A stretch of DNA of 64,000 nucleotides from Macrostomum lignano (lineage: Eukaryota). Position 1 is the first letter of the stretch. The number at the start of each line of letters is the position of its first letter. A program made the position numbers and the translations under genes. Below the pieces are notes generated by a model, which searched no databases, was not told the DNA's origin, and was given only the letters and a program-made list of their open reading frames with translations. Positions 12,874 through 26,580 of this stretch are shown in pieces. The DNA lies in the NCBI GenBank assembly GCA_002269645.1, contig NIVC01003057.1, forward strand, positions 58,456 to 122,455, in the 5' to 3' direction.

Positions 12874-15150
12874 ATGCAGCAGTTGCAACGGCTCGCTCTC
12901 AGCCTGCTACTACTCCCCGTGGTTAGCTGGGTGTCCGCATCCGTGACCTACCTGGCCAGGCAGACAATCAGCGAGGGTCCCAGCAGCAGCAGCGGCAGCT
13001 TCCGTCTGGACGCTCTGTCGCTCGTTCGTCAGCAGGGCGGCATGCCCGACGCAGAGCGCGTCAGCTTTTACAAAGCGGCACCGCCGTTCGCAATCGAGTC
13101 GTCCGGTGTCATCGTGCTGCACGGAGCGCTGGACCGCGAGCAGCTCTGCCAGCCGCCGCTTCGGCCGTCGCCCTGCGCCGACGAAGACGCCGCCAGAGGC
13201 TTAGCTAAGGCCATCCCGTCCGACTGCTGCGTTCTGCTGCGCCTGGAGGCCCGCTCAGCTGGCGGCGGCGGCGGCATCCGCGAGTTTCACATCCGGCTAG
13301 ACGTCGAGGACATCAACGACTCGCCGCCAGTGTTTGAAGCGTACACCGAGCAGCGCTTCGTCAGCATCAGCGAGGGCGACAGGTCCACCGGGCAAGAGAT
13401 CCGCCTGCCCAGCGCAACCGACGCTGACAGCGCGGAGAACGGCATCGCCGAGTATCGACTGACGGACAAGCGGCCTAACGCGACCGCGTTCGACAGCTAC
13501 TTCAGCCTGATCGACGCGACCGGCTCCGCGTTCAAACTGGAGCCGAAGCTGCGGGTCATTCACCCTCTGGATCGGGAGCAGGTGCCCCAGTTCGCAGTGG
13601 CCCTGCTTGCAGTTGACAAAGGCCGGCCGCAGCTCACCGGCAGCCTGTCATTCACCATCGACGTCTTGGACCTCAACGATCACACGCCGGAGATTGTCAG
13701 CCTCCGCCCTGGCCGGCTGCTACGCATCAACGAGACGGACGGCCGCTACGGAAAGCTGACAGTGGCCACCTTCAACGTGTCTGACCCGGACTCCGGAGAC
13801 AACGGCCGCATCGCTTGCCACATCCGCTCGGCGGCAGGGTCGGCGCACCGAGCCGAGCGCTACTTTGAGGTTGGCCCAGCACAGGGCGTGCGGTACGGCA
13901 CCTCGACAGGCGGCCTCACCGTCTGGGAGCTTCGGTCTGTTGGCCAGCTGGACTACGAGGAGGTCAGGCAGTTCACCTTCAGCATCGTTGCCAGCGACAG
14001 CGGCTCTCCCCGACTGTCCAGCAGCGTCTCCCTTACTGTCGAGCTGATCAACGTTGACGACCATCCGATGAAGATCAGCTTCAGGAGCCACGGTGGCCAG
14101 AAGCAGCGCGTCGAAGTGCCGGAGAATCAAGCCCCCGGCGCCGCTGTCGCCTCCGTTGAGGTGCGCGACCACGACATTGAGCTGCCGACAGACTACAACC
14201 GGATCGAGTGCCGACTCGGGTCGGGCAGCGAGGCCCACTTCCGGCTAGAGGAGAAGCCACTCATAGAACGGATGCGCGAGTTCCGGTTGAGAACGTCAGT
14301 AACCTTCGACCGCGAGGTCCAGTCCGCCTACCAGGTGCTCGTGCACTGCCGCGACAGAGAGTCCTCAGCCACGGCCACCGCCACCCTGACCGTCGGAGTG
14401 GGAGACCTTAACGACAATCCTCCGTTGCTCAACTCGGCCGTTTATCGCGGTCGCGTCGAGGAGAATTGTGTCCGCCGGACTCTGGTTGCCATGGAGACGG
14501 CAGTGAAAGCCGTAGATCCGGACTCTTATCCCAACAACCAGATTCTCTACCGACTGAGCGGCGGAGACACGGAAGAGCGACTGCCATTCAGCATCAACGC
14601 GCAGGGCGAGCTGTACACCGAGGCCGACTTGGACTTCGAACGCCGCCGCTCGTACACCTTCAACGTGACCGCCTACAACCAGAACAACGAGAGCCAGTCC
14701 AGCACCGCCGAGGTTCGCATTGACATCGTCGACATGAACGACAATCCGCCCGTCATTGTTGGCCACGACGTCGGCTACAGGTTCAGCGTGGTCGAGGAGG
14801 CCGCCCCGCTCAGCGTCGGCTTCATCAATGCCACGGACGAAGACACGCAACCGGAGAACCGGCTGCTTCAGTTCCGCATTCTGTCACCGGGTGATCGCCA
14901 ACTGGGCCGGCTGCCTCCGGGATTTCTAACGACGCCCGACGCTGACAAGTACTTCCGCATTGATCAGCGCAGCGGCGAGCTCCAGGTGAAGACCCGGATC
15001 GACCGGGAGACGCATCCGCACTTTCAATTCTACGTACTGGTGGAGAATATTCGACAGTTGCAGCCGCCGTCGGCACCAAGGCAAGGAGGCATCGACCAGC
15101 AGCCGATGCACAGCGTCGCATCTTCGTCCATCACGACTGTCTACGTTCAG
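12874..15150 (+). CDS. Protocadherin (7 EC, non-clustered type), exon 1: signal peptide and EC1-EC6
   Basis: The ORF starts with a hydrophobic signal (LALSLLLLPVVSWVSA). Cadherin motifs include LDRE, DINDSPP, ATDADS, DLNDHTP, VSDPDSG, LDYEE, NVDDHP, FDRE, DLNDNPP, LDFE, DMNDNPP and IDRE. Donor CAG|GTAAGC at 15151. Confidence 0.93.
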
Positions 15151-15227
15151 GTAAGCCCGTCGCACACAGATCGGCAGGGTTGCGTCCAACCCTCGTGCAG
15201 AATTTCACGATTATTTCCCGAATTTCC

Positions 15228-16035
15228 CGATCCCATCAAAGTATCACCGATCCCATCAAAGAATCACCGATCCCATCAAAGTATCACCGATCCCATCAAA
15301 GAATCACCGATCCCATCAAATAATCACCGATCCCATGAAAGAATCACCGAACCCATCAAAGAATCCCCGATCCCATCCAAGTATTATTGATCCCATCAAA
15401 GAATCACCGATCCCATCCAAGTATTATCGAGCCCATCAAAGAATCCCCGATCCCATCCAAGTATTACCGATCCCATCAAATTATCACCGAACCCATCAAA
15501 GAATCACCGATCACATCCAAGTATCCCCGATCCCATCAAAGTATCACCGATCCCATCAAAGAATCACCGAACCCATCAAAGAATCCCCGATCCCATCCAA
15601 GTAATATCGATCCCATCAAAGAATCCCCGATCCCATCCAAGTATCCCCGATCCCATCAAAGTATCACCGATCCCATCAAATTATCACCGAACCCATCAAA
15701 GAATCACCGATCACATCCAAGTATCCCCGATCCCATCAAAGTATCACCGATCCCATCAAAGAATCACCGAACCCATCAAAGAATCCCCGATCCCATCCAA
15801 GTATTATCGATCCCATCAAAGAATCACCGATGCCATCCAAGTATTATCGAACCCATCAAAGAATCCCCGATCCCATCCAAGTATTACCGATCCCATCAAA
15901 GAATCACCGATCCCATCCAAGTATCATCGATCCCATCAAAGTATCACCGAACCCATCAAAGAATCCCCGATCCCATCAAAGTATTATCGATCCCATCAAA
16001 GTATCATCAACCCCATCAAGGTATCACGATTCCAT
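15228..16035. repeat. Intronic minisatellite, 20-bp unit (GT/GA)ATCACCGATCCCATCAAA family, about 40 copies
   Basis: Fills protocadherin intron 1. Same consensus as 3533-3880. Confidence 0.95.
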
Positions 16036-16141
16036 CAGTTCCTAAGCCACACGCCTGACAATGAGACACCACTTAGTGTCAACTGTACTCCAGAAGCTGA
16101 GCCAGCACTCGCAGACACAAATCTCTCAATAAACATCCCAG

Positions 16142-16843
16142 GTAATCAACGTGAACGACCATCCACCTCGACTGTGCCGACTGGCTTCGTCAAGCTCTCA
16201 GTCGCAATCGTCTCTGCCCTCTGCAAGGACGTCTTCTGGATCGTCAGCAGCAATCTGCCCGGAGCCCAACGGCCCCATCCCGATTACATTCGCCGAATCC
16301 TCGGGCATCGCAGTCGGGCACGCGGTCGCGGAGCCAAAGTGCACCGGCTTCCCGTTCGAGGTGCGCGACGCCGACGATGGAGAGTCCAACCTGGCGGCCG
16401 AGTTCTTGCCCCGGCTGGAGAATCTCACTGAGCTGGTCGACGGTCGCCTCGTCGCCGCGCCGGACGCCGAGTTCAGCCTGGAGGGTCCGCAGACGCTCTG
16501 TATTCGCCGGCTGCCGGCCTCCAAGCTGGAGCGCCAGGAGTTCCGGGTTCGCCTCCGGCTTGAAGACGTCCGCCCGCCCGGCCACAGCAGCAGCTACGAC
16601 TGTCGGATTCTCGTCGTCAGACTGCGCGAGCCGCCGCCGCCTCCACCCGGTTCGACGACGCGCCGGAGGGCGGCGGCCGCAAGGGCGCGGCCGACCAGTT
16701 TGCCGAGGCGGGCGCCGCCGCTGACCGACGTCATTTCGTCATCGTGGTGTCCCTGGTGACCGTGGTCGTGTTTCTCATTGTCTTCGCGTTCGCGTTCGTT
16801 CTGTTCTTCTACGTGCGGCGGCTGGACAACTCCATGGATAAAG
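16142..16843 (+). CDS. Protocadherin exon 2: EC7, transmembrane helix; apparent -1 frameshift near 16619-16640
   Basis: Acceptor CCCAG| at 16141 gives VQ|VINVNDHPP and ...FEVRDADDGES...LEDVRPPGHSSSYDCRILVV. The reading then shifts to the frame carrying HFVIVVSLVTVVVFLIVFAFAFVLFFYVRR, a TM helix plus basic stop-transfer. Donor AAAG|GTGGGC at 16844, phase 1. Confidence 0.82.
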
Positions 16844-16924
16844 GTGGGCATACAGCGCCTTTGAAGGAGAGCAGAAGCGGAAACCGCGTCTCCCAAATAG
16901 GGCGCCCCCAAAACTGCGATGCAC

Positions 16925-17950
16925 CTCAAAACAACAAGCAAAACAAACCCCAAAACAGTCTCCTAAAACAGCACCCCAAAACAGCACCCCAAAACAGCAT
17001 CCCCAAAACAGCATCCCCAAAACAGCATCCCGAAAGCAGCACCCCAAAACAGCATCCCCAAAACAGCACCCCCAAAACAGCACCCCTAAAACAGCACCCC
17101 CAAAACAGCATCCCCAAAACAGCATCCCGAAAACAGCACCTCAAAACAGCACCCCAAAACAGCATCCCGAAAGCAGCACCCCAAAACAGCACCCTCAAAA
17201 CAGCACCCCCAAAACAGCACCCCCAAAACAGCACCCCCAAAACAGCACCCCCAAAACAGCACCCCCAAAACAGCATCCCGAAAACAGCATTTCAAAACAG
17301 CACCTCAAAACAGCACCCCCAAAACAGCACCCCCAAAACAGCACCCCCAAAACAGCACCCCCAAAACAGCACCCCCAAAACAGCACCCCCAAAACAGCAC
17401 CCCAAAACAGCACCCCCAAAACAGCACCCCCAAAACAGCACCCCCAAAACAGCATCCCGAAAGCAGCACCCAAAACAGCACCCCAATACAGCACCCCAAA
17501 ACAGCATCCCGAAAACAGCATTTCAAAACAGCACCCCAAAACAGCACCCCCAAAACAGCACCCCCAAAACAGCACCCCCAAAACAGCACCCCCAAAACAG
17601 CACCCCCAAAACAGCACCCCCAAAACAGCACCCCCAAAACAGAACCCCCAAAACAGCACCCCAAAACAGCACCCCCAAAACAGCACCCCCAAAACAGCAT
17701 CCCGAAAACAGCACCTCAAAACAGCACCCCAAAACAGCACCCCAAAACAGCACCCCTAAAACAGCACCCCCAAAACAGCACCCCAAAACAGCACCCCTAA
17801 AACAGCACCCCCAAAACAGCACCCCTAAAACAGCACCCCCAAAACAGCACCCCCAAAACAGCACCCCCAAAACAGCACCCCCAAAACAGCACCCCCAAAA
17901 CAGCACCCCCAAAACAGAACCCCCAAAACAGCACCCCCAAAACAGCACCC
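16925..17950. repeat. Intronic minisatellite, 13-14-bp unit AAAACAGCACCCC(C)
   Basis: Directly visible in protocadherin intron 2. Confidence 0.95.
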
Positions 17951-18736
17951 AAAAAACAGGTTCAAACTCCAACCCAAAAAGCTTCTGCAGTTTCCTAACA
18001 CTATATTATGCCACGACTTGTTGTTTAGGCCGTTTTCTACAGTTAGTTAAGCTGACTTTAGCTTCGCAAATCAGTCAGGCCAGTCAGGTAGGGGCACTAA
18101 ATGTCAGCAATCTGGAGCAAAACAATCCCCATCCATGGATTTGGGAATCCAAACAATCTCACTTGAAACGGTCCCAAGAGACAGGGACAGACAGGGCTGT
18201 CAATGTCAAGGTCTGTCAAGGCCTACCAGTGAAATTTGACACTTTCCATGCCGTTCTGCGCGTTCCGACCTTATCTCTGCTGTTTTGCTTGCTGTCGTTA
18301 AAAAAAGATTTTTTGTTGGTTCCATGGATAGATGGATAGAGATGCGTGATGACTCTACTGAAGGGTCAGATCAGCTTAGATCCATCTCCCAGCTATATTA
18401 CTATAGGGGGACAAAAGTGGGATTGGCTTAAGCTCCCCTTATGGCTTAAGAGGGGACCCCAGCGCAGGTTTTGGGTTTTCTGGCTCCGATTCTGAAGCCA
18501 GTGGGCTGCGATTTTTGAGTGTTGTTTAGAGTGAACCTCGGACAGATAGAAGACAGAGAGGCTTGGGAGCGATGCGGTGACTCTTTTTGAAACCACTTCT
18601 CTGGCATAAACAAAAGCAGGGAGAAAGAGAGGCGAAGGTGGAAGCTGGGAGTTGAAGTGAAGAAGAGGCCGCCCGGGTGTGCAATCGCGTCAACAACCTC
18701 AGCAGGGGCACCGGCCAGTCACAGAGGTCTGTGTAT

Positions 18737-18803
<67 letters not shown>
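18737..18803. repeat. (AC)n microsatellite
   Basis: Directly visible. Confidence 0.95.
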
Positions 18804-18806
<3 letters not shown>

Positions 18807-19043
18807 ATGTTGACCCGCTTCCTGAAAAGGGGAATATTTTAGGTACGGGAAGGCTTAAGAGGGGACGGCGGCTAGAAGAACGAATGGTTAGGATTGTCGC
18901 CTCCCTGTCAACCTTACGGAGGAATAATATGGGATAAGACCATTTCAGAAAGTAAAAATAATCCCATATTCTGACTGTAAAATAAAGCTATCTGGTCTTA
19001 GTGTTTGCCCAATTAATAATTATCATTTTATGGAATATTGTAG

Positions 19044-19177
19044 ACTGCGAGCCAGACAGATGCGTCACAGTGCCACTCAAGACTCGCCCGTCCGTGACTG
19101 GCACCCTTGGCGGCGGTGGGGGCGGAGGCGGAGGTGGCAGCGGCGGCGGCTGCGGAGGAACTGCGGGAGGTCCTCAG
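19044..19177 (+). CDS. Protocadherin exon 3 (Gly-rich cytoplasmic segment)
   Basis: Acceptor TTGTAG| at 19043, and the phase-1 join gives DCEPDRCVTVPLKTRPSVTGTLGGGG...GPQ. Strong donor CAG|GTAAGG at 19178. Phases fit both neighbours. Confidence 0.7.
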
Positions 19178-19249
19178 GTAAGGAAGGAGAAAACTTCTTT
19201 TTTGGAATATGCTAAATGCATGAGAGTGTACGTGTGGATAGAAAGAGAG

Positions 19250-19531
19250 AGAAGAGAGAGAGGAGAAGAGATTAGAGAAGATAAGGGGAGAGGAGGGTAC
19301 AAGAGGGGAAAGAGGGAGAGAGAGAGGAGTGAAGAAAAGAGAGGGGAGAAGAGAAGAGAGGGAGAAGAGTGGGGGAGAAGAGAGGGAGAAGAGTGGGGGA
19401 GAAGAGAGGGGAAAAGAGAGGGGAGAAGAGAGGGGGAGAATAGAGGGGAGAAGAGAGGGGAGAAGAGAGGGGAGAAGAGAGGGGAGAAGAGAGGGGGAGA
19501 ATAGAGGGGGAGAAGAGAGGGGAGAAGAGAG
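19250..19531. repeat. GA-rich low-complexity repeat
   Basis: Directly visible, at the start of protocadherin intron 3. Confidence 0.9.
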
Positions 19532-20399
19532 GGGTCATACAAGAATCTATCTGACAGTGGCAAAAAGCATGAGAAGCATCTAAAAAGCAAGTGTGCTTGA
19601 AAGAGAGACACAGAGCTTCTTAGAGAAAAGCAAGTAAAGGCAGATATTAGGCCCTCGAAAATAACAATTGCAGCTAACTGACAGTTGCAGCGGACTTGAA
19701 GGTCCTGTTTATTCGTGCTCCCATGGGAGCATTGAAGACAGTTTAGCTAAAGCCACGAATTTACGGCCACTTATGCCTGAATAACTATGGGCGGTGGGAA
19801 TACTTTTTCTGAAGTTTTTTTCCCGTTTGTCTTTCCCTCAATTTTTTTTGTCGAAGCGAGAAGAAGTGCTGAATCCGCCTGGAAACAACTGTCTAACCGT
19901 TAGTAAGCAAATATTCAGTTGAAATTTTCTGAAGAATTGAACATGAAGAAGTCGAGATGAAAAACTTCCAGTTCTTTACGATTCGGTAAACGATAAATTA
20001 TTAGGAAAATTACTGCTAGCGAAAACGCGATTCTGAAATCTGCTATTTCGCGTGTTGTAAATCTCATCTTTTACCTGAACATTTTCTTGTTACAACCAGA
20101 CACCATACGGAATTTTCTAACTATAAACTATCTATTATCTGCCGAACCCTCAGCTTGTGCGGTTACAAAATATGCGCAGCGAAGTTTTTTTGAGCAAAAT
20201 AGTGAGAGTGAGAGAGCGAACAAGACAGAGACAGACAGTTACAAATTTAGACCCACCTTTAAGACAGCGTGAGCAAAGCAGTTTCAAATCGAGGAGATTT
20301 TAAAGGTTTCTCCGCGCTCGCGCAGCGCAACCAAGGAGACCGATAGATAGCAACTGGACTGGTAATAACTTTTTCTGAGTTTCAGTGTCCTCAGTTTGC

Positions 20400-21060
20400 G
20401 AGATAGATTATGAGAGATGGGATGAGAGAAGAGATGAGAGATAGGATGAGAGAAGAGATTGAGAGAAGAAATGAGAGATGGGATGAGAGAAGATAATGAG
20501 AGATGGGATGAGAGAAGAGATGAGAGATGGGATGAGAGAAGAGATTGAGAGAAGAAATGAGAGATGGGATGAGAGAAGAGATTGAGAGAAGAGATGAGAG
20601 ATGGGATGAGAGAAGAGATTGAGAGAAGAGATGAGAGATGGGATGAGAGAAGAGATTGAGAGAAGAAATGAGAGATGGGATGAGAAAAGTGATTGAGAGA
20701 AGAAATAAGAGATGGGATGAGAGAAGAGATTGAGAGAAGAAATGAGAGATGGGATGAAAAAAGTGATGAAAGACGAGATGAGAGAAGAGATGAGAGAAGA
20801 GATTGAGAGAAGAAATGAGAGATGGGATGAGAGAAGAGATTGAGAGAAGAAATGAGAGATGGGATGAGAGAAGAGATTGAGAGAAGAAATGAGAGATGGG
20901 ATGAGAGAAGAGATTGAGAGATGGGATGAGAAAAGTGATGAAAGACGAGATGAAAGAAGAGATGAGAGATAGGATGAGAGAAGAGATTAGAGATGAGATT
21001 AGAGAAGAGTTGAGGGATGGGATGAGAGGATAGATGAGAAAGAAGATAGAATGAGGGAGG
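20400..21060. repeat. Purine-rich minisatellite (GAGATGGGATGAGAGAAGA-like units)
   Basis: Directly visible. Confidence 0.9.
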
Positions 21061-21958
21061 AGAAGGTGCAAACTACTGTAAAGTGGATAGAGAGACCCCA
21101 GGCCCATCCAGACCCCCAGATTGAGTTGCACCGCAGGCTCTAGTCTAAACTCTCCATGGTTCAAGCATTGCAAATTGCAAATTGCATTAGAAATGTATCC
21201 ACGCAGTGCCCTGTAGCATAATCACGCCTGAAGAGATTATGAAAACAGTTTAAATACATGTACAGTATTTTACTAAACTTGTGCTCCAGAAAACATCTAG
21301 CGGAACTTACTTACGGAACATTGAGACTTGGAAAAATATGAACCAAGAATTTTTCTGACCCAGTTTCTGGCTCAACCAAAAACCGTAACTCAGGACAAGC
21401 GGTCTGGCCGGTGTGGGGGTCGCGGGTTCGTTCCCACGGGCTCCGGCTAGAATATAGTGAAAGATGAGCTTACCACATATGCGAGTATTATATGCCTGAT
21501 CAGAAGCCACCATGTAGATGCCGTGTAATCTGAGACAGAACAACAGATTTTATGATTTGAAAAATGAAATATTCAGCTACGAGACCATTTTTTGGTAATG
21601 TCTGTCGGCTCAGGTTTCAGCTGAATCGCACTATGAATCCCGATCTGTGTATGCAGGGGGACTTTTTCTAATAGACACAGTTTGCTCCCAGTCAGATGAC
21701 GCGCAGAGGCTGCGAAGCTGAAACACGACACCGGTGCTGCAGGATTTTCCGCCGGGTGGAGACCGGAACAGTTGCGTCCTTGCAAAATTGAGAAAAAATG
21801 TGTCTAAAAATATTAAATAACCGAGTGCGTACTTTGGCCCGCTAGATCGAGTTCACTTTGCAACCTGAGCTGTAGCGTGCAAGGAGAAGCTGCTAATTAA
21901 ATACTTTGACAACAATATTTAAGTTTTTCATTTTCCTTTGTGGGCGTCTTGTTTACTT

Positions 21959-21959
<1 letters not shown>

Positions 21960-22054
<95 letters not shown>

Positions 22055-22790
22055 TCTCATTCTCCTCTCACTCTCCCCTCTCACTCTTTCCTCTCACTCT
22101 CCCCTCTCATTCTCCTCTCACTCTCCCCTCTCACTCTCTCCTCTCACTCTCCCCTCTCATTCTCCTCTCACTCTCCCCTCTCACTCTCCCCTCTCATTCT
22201 CTCCTCTCACTCTCCCCTCTCATTCTCCTTTCACTCTCCCCTCTCACTCTCCTCTCACTCTCCCCTCTCATTCTCCTCTCATTCTCCTCTCACTCTCCCC
22301 TCTCATTCTCCTCTCACTCTCCCCTCTCACTCTCTCCTCTCACCCTCCCCTCTCATTCTCCTCTCACTCTCTCCTCTCACTCTCTCCTCTCACTCTCCCC
22401 TCTCATTCTCCTCTCACTCTCCCCTCTCATTCTCCTCTCACTCTCCCCTCTCACTCTCCCCTCTCATTCTCCTCTCACTCTCCCCCCTCATTCTCCTCTC
22501 ACTCTCCCCTCTCATTCTCCTCTCACTCTCCCCTCTCATTCTCCTCTCACTCTCCCCTCTCACTCTCCCCTCTCACTCTCCCCTCTCACTCTCCCCCCTC
22601 ATTCTCCTCTCACTCTCCCCTCTCATTCTCCTCTCACTCTCCCCTCTCATTCTCCTCTCACTCTCACCTCTCACTCTCCCCTCTCATTCTCCTCTCACTC
22701 TCCCCTTTCACTCTCCTCTCCCTCTCCCTCTCTATCTCACTCCCTTCGCTCCCTCTCGCCTAATCCTTCACACTCTCCCTCTCTCAGTCT
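21960..22790. repeat. (CT)n grading into a 24-bp pyrimidine minisatellite CTCTCCCCTCTCATTCTCCTCTCA
   Basis: Directly visible. Confidence 0.92.
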
Positions 22791-23413
22791 CCCAGATCCG
22801 CTACCGGTCCCACCCTTTCTCCAAAGCCGAATTTAAATTCCGAGTGCGTCGAAGAAGCAAGCAGCAATCAGGGTGCCATGAGAGCGGGAGGGTCGAACAA
22901 ATCGATAAGAGGAACGCTGAAGAATATTGTACATCTCGCTTTTCAACTGTTTTCAAATGTCTTTACTCAACGGAAATCAATTGATCACAGCAAAATCACA
23001 GGGTCCCAAACAGCAACACGGAACAGCACTCGGTGTACAGCTGACATCTGCCCGGACATGAGAGGAATTTGAAAGACAGCCGGAAAGAGAAACAGACAGG
23101 CGGCTGAGACAGACTGATGCGGGACTCAAGCTCATCAAATACAAAAAATCTTTCTGTTGACAATCGAAGAGAAAAACAGCTGAAACAGAAAATGCGAACA
23201 AGAGATGTTCACTGACAAGTGACGGGGGGAGGCCACGGGGTGCTTTGATTGGAACGTGTTTCATGCCCCACATACGTCACGAATTGCAGTTCTAAACTTT
23301 TTACAGAGCTCTTACAATGTTTCCTGTCGAAGAGTAAATCAAATAGTTTTTAGTCTCATTAGTCAACTAGAACTTTTCTTTTTCTCTCTTTCTTCCTCTC
23401 TCCCTCCCTTTCA

Positions 23414-23952
<539 letters not shown>

Positions 23953-24392
23953 GGATTCCATTTAGACCTGGCACTCCAGTTGGCAATCTACAGACGAATG
24001 AGAGACTCATGCAGCTCCCTGCCGCAGCGGTCCCTAGGCAAACAGGGCACTTGAGCTCGGAGCTCCGCCAAGTCAAATATTAGGCAGGTCTCAAAGAGAG
24101 AAAAATGAGGAACTTGCTGGAAAGCCTCAGCGCTGAAAAAGAACAGACAAGCATTTCCACGTCTTTCATTTCCAGTATTTTTGTCTTGATCGATGAACCA
24201 GTTCAAAAGCACACGCTGGGCATTTTGAGAGTTGATGCTGTTTGAGGAGCGGAGAGTCTTACAAAGCTTATTGCATCCGCTGACTGGGGCTCTCAGAATC
24301 GCGGGTACTTCAGGCAAGCCAACCCAGGGAAGGACCTGCTCAACTGCCTATCTTATATCGATCTGAATTTACTAAGAAAATCTGGGCCAGTT

Positions 24393-24812
24393 TAATCAAA
24401 CATCCGGGCACACCAGTTCAATCAAACATCCGGGCACACCAGTTCAAACAAACATCCAGGCACATCCGTTTTAACAAGCATCCAGGCACACCAGTTTAAA
24501 CAAACATCCAGACACACCAGTTTAAACAAACATCCAGACACACCAGTTTAAACAAAGATCCAGGCACACCAGTTTAAACAAACATCCAGACACACCAGTT
24601 TAAACAAACATCCAGACACACCAGTTTAAACAAACATCCAGGCACACCAGTTTAAACAAACATCCAGACACACCAGTTTAAACAAACATCCAGGCACACC
24701 AGTTTAAACAAACATCCGGGCACACCAGTTTAAACAAACATCCAGGCACACCAGTTTAAACAAACATCCGGGCACACCAGTTTAAACAAACATCCAGACA
24801 CACCAGTTTAAA
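24393..24812. repeat. 26-bp minisatellite AAACAAACATCCAG(A/G)CACACCAGTTT, about 16 copies
   Basis: TCCA recurs at 24481, 24507 and 24533. Confidence 0.95.
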
Positions 24813-24909
24813 CATTAACTTGAACATTAAAATTGACTATTAGCATCGTATTGAGTAAAATGATATGGTGATCAGCGATCTCACACCAACTATCCACAAT
24901 CCCACACAG

Positions 24910-25445
24910 CTGGTCACCCTGCTCTACAACTCGAGAGACATTGTCGCCGACTGCGACTCTGCCAATCGCCAAATGACAGCCGGGGCGTCGGCATCAGCGA
25001 CTGCCGCAGGCGACGACTACAATCAATTCGGCTGCGTCGAAGATGATCGCACAATGTCGGCGGGAGACTTCGCCAGCTGCGGCGGAGGTCGGTACGAGAT
25101 CTGGCGGGACCATCGGCAACCGACTGGCCGGTTCCGGCAGAACCACCAGCAGCCGACGTCATGCGGATGGCAACTCCCGGCACAGGGCCGACAGTTCGCC
25201 GAGTCGCTGGCGCCGCTGGGTCGGCGTCGATGCACGGCAGCAGCAGCTGCGAGGACGTCGACATGTCGGCTGGTGCAACGCCTTCGACGGCGAACCACGT
25301 CGGACAGGCGGTCGGCGGCTATCAGACAATGGGATCGCTGAGGTACCAACGACTGTTTCAGCAACAGCAACAGCAACAGCAGCAGCCAGTCTACAGCCCA
25401 AAAAAGTCATTGAAAAACACTTACTTCGAGACCAGCTTTGTGTAA
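24910..25445 (+). CDS. Protocadherin last exon; apparent -1 frameshift near 25195-25225; ends ...KNTYFETSFV*
   Basis: Acceptor CACAG| at 24909, phase 0, reads LVTLLYNSRDIV.... GC-rich, coding-like sequence continues in the -1 frame to ETSFV-TAA (25443-25445), a PDZ-ligand-like terminus. Confidence 0.65.
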
Positions 25446-26160
25446 CAAGCGAACGCGTCCCTGAGCTCGACTCTCTTGAGGTTAAAAATATCATTTGTTT
25501 TAATTCAGCACCCAGTCTGTTATGCAAACCACCCAGATCTAAGTTTGTATGCTCGATAAAGCTAAGTTTCAATGCTCTATGTAGGCCAAAACAGCCAATT
25601 GTATTTTCTTTCTTTGTAATTACCAGCTGACACACACCACAAATAAATCATATACGAGGCTTAATGCTTTTCCTAAAAAAGGTGTGACTAAAGCCGACAG
25701 TTCAAGGATTAGCGCCAAAAAATATGAAATCGAAAGTGAGCAGAGAGTCTGTGGGGGAGTCGTGCCTACCTTATTCTAAACCTAGGATTGACTCACTGCC
25801 AAGCCCTTTTTTGCATTTGTAGCAATTTCTGGGATTTACACGGACTTACGAGTAATAAGCTCTAATCCCCTTTGTGTCCTGTGCTGGACAAACTATTTCG
25901 ATTGACATGCTGGCTAGATTAAGCGGCTTTATTCAAAATACGTATTTATGGTTTTTTAAGCAACGCTTCTTTGAGCAATAGCTAGGCTAAGTTTCTGTCT
26001 CGGGATTCTCTTTATTTCGCAAATATAATCCTCCCTTATCAATCTTCCTCATGTCTGCCAGTGAACTGTCACTTGTTAGAGTTGCAGTATGGAGCTGGAC
26101 ATCTGCTAAGCTGCACAGCTTCCGCCCGTGTCTTTGCGACAGACTAATCCTGCCTCAAGA

Positions 26161-26580
26161 TGCCTCAAGTGGAGGCAGCGGCTTCTCACTGTGAAGAAGG
26201 ACCTCAGGTGGAGGCAGCGGCTTCTCACTGTGAAGAAGGACCTCAGGTAGAGGCAGCGGCTTCTCACTGTGAAGAAGGACCTCAGGTGGAGGCAGCGGCT
26301 TCTCACTGTGAAGAAGGACCTCAGGTAGAGGCAGCGGCTTCTCACTGTGAAGAAGGACCTCAGGTAGAGGCAGCGGCTTCTCACTGTGAAGAAGGACCTC
26401 AGGTAGAGGCAGCGGCTTCTCACTGTGAAGAAGGACCTCAGGTAGAGGCAGCGGCTTCTCACTGTGAAGAAGGACCTCAGGTAGAGGCAGCTGCTTCTCA
26501 CTGTGAAGAAGGACCTCAGGTAGAGGCAGCGGCTTCTCATTGAGAAGAAGGACCTCAGGTAGAGGCAGCGGCTTCTCACT
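26161..26580. repeat. 39-bp tandem repeat, about 10.7 copies, open on both strands
   Basis: CCTCA(A/G)G at 26163 and 26202. Translates as (PQVEAAASHCEEG)n on the + strand. Confidence 0.93.

Noticed and set aside
16844-18339. 531-aa ORF continuing the protocadherin TM through PKTAPQNS repeats as a mucin-like tail
   Set aside because: A donor at 16844 joins in phase to exon 19044, and the repeat has mixed 13/14-bp units typical of intronic arrays. Intron retention is not excluded.
21370-21450. tRNA or tRNA-derived SINE (GTCGCGGGTTCGTTCCC resembles a T-arm/B box)
   Set aside because: The T-loop is one base short, the stem is mismatched, and no cloverleaf or convincing A box is present.
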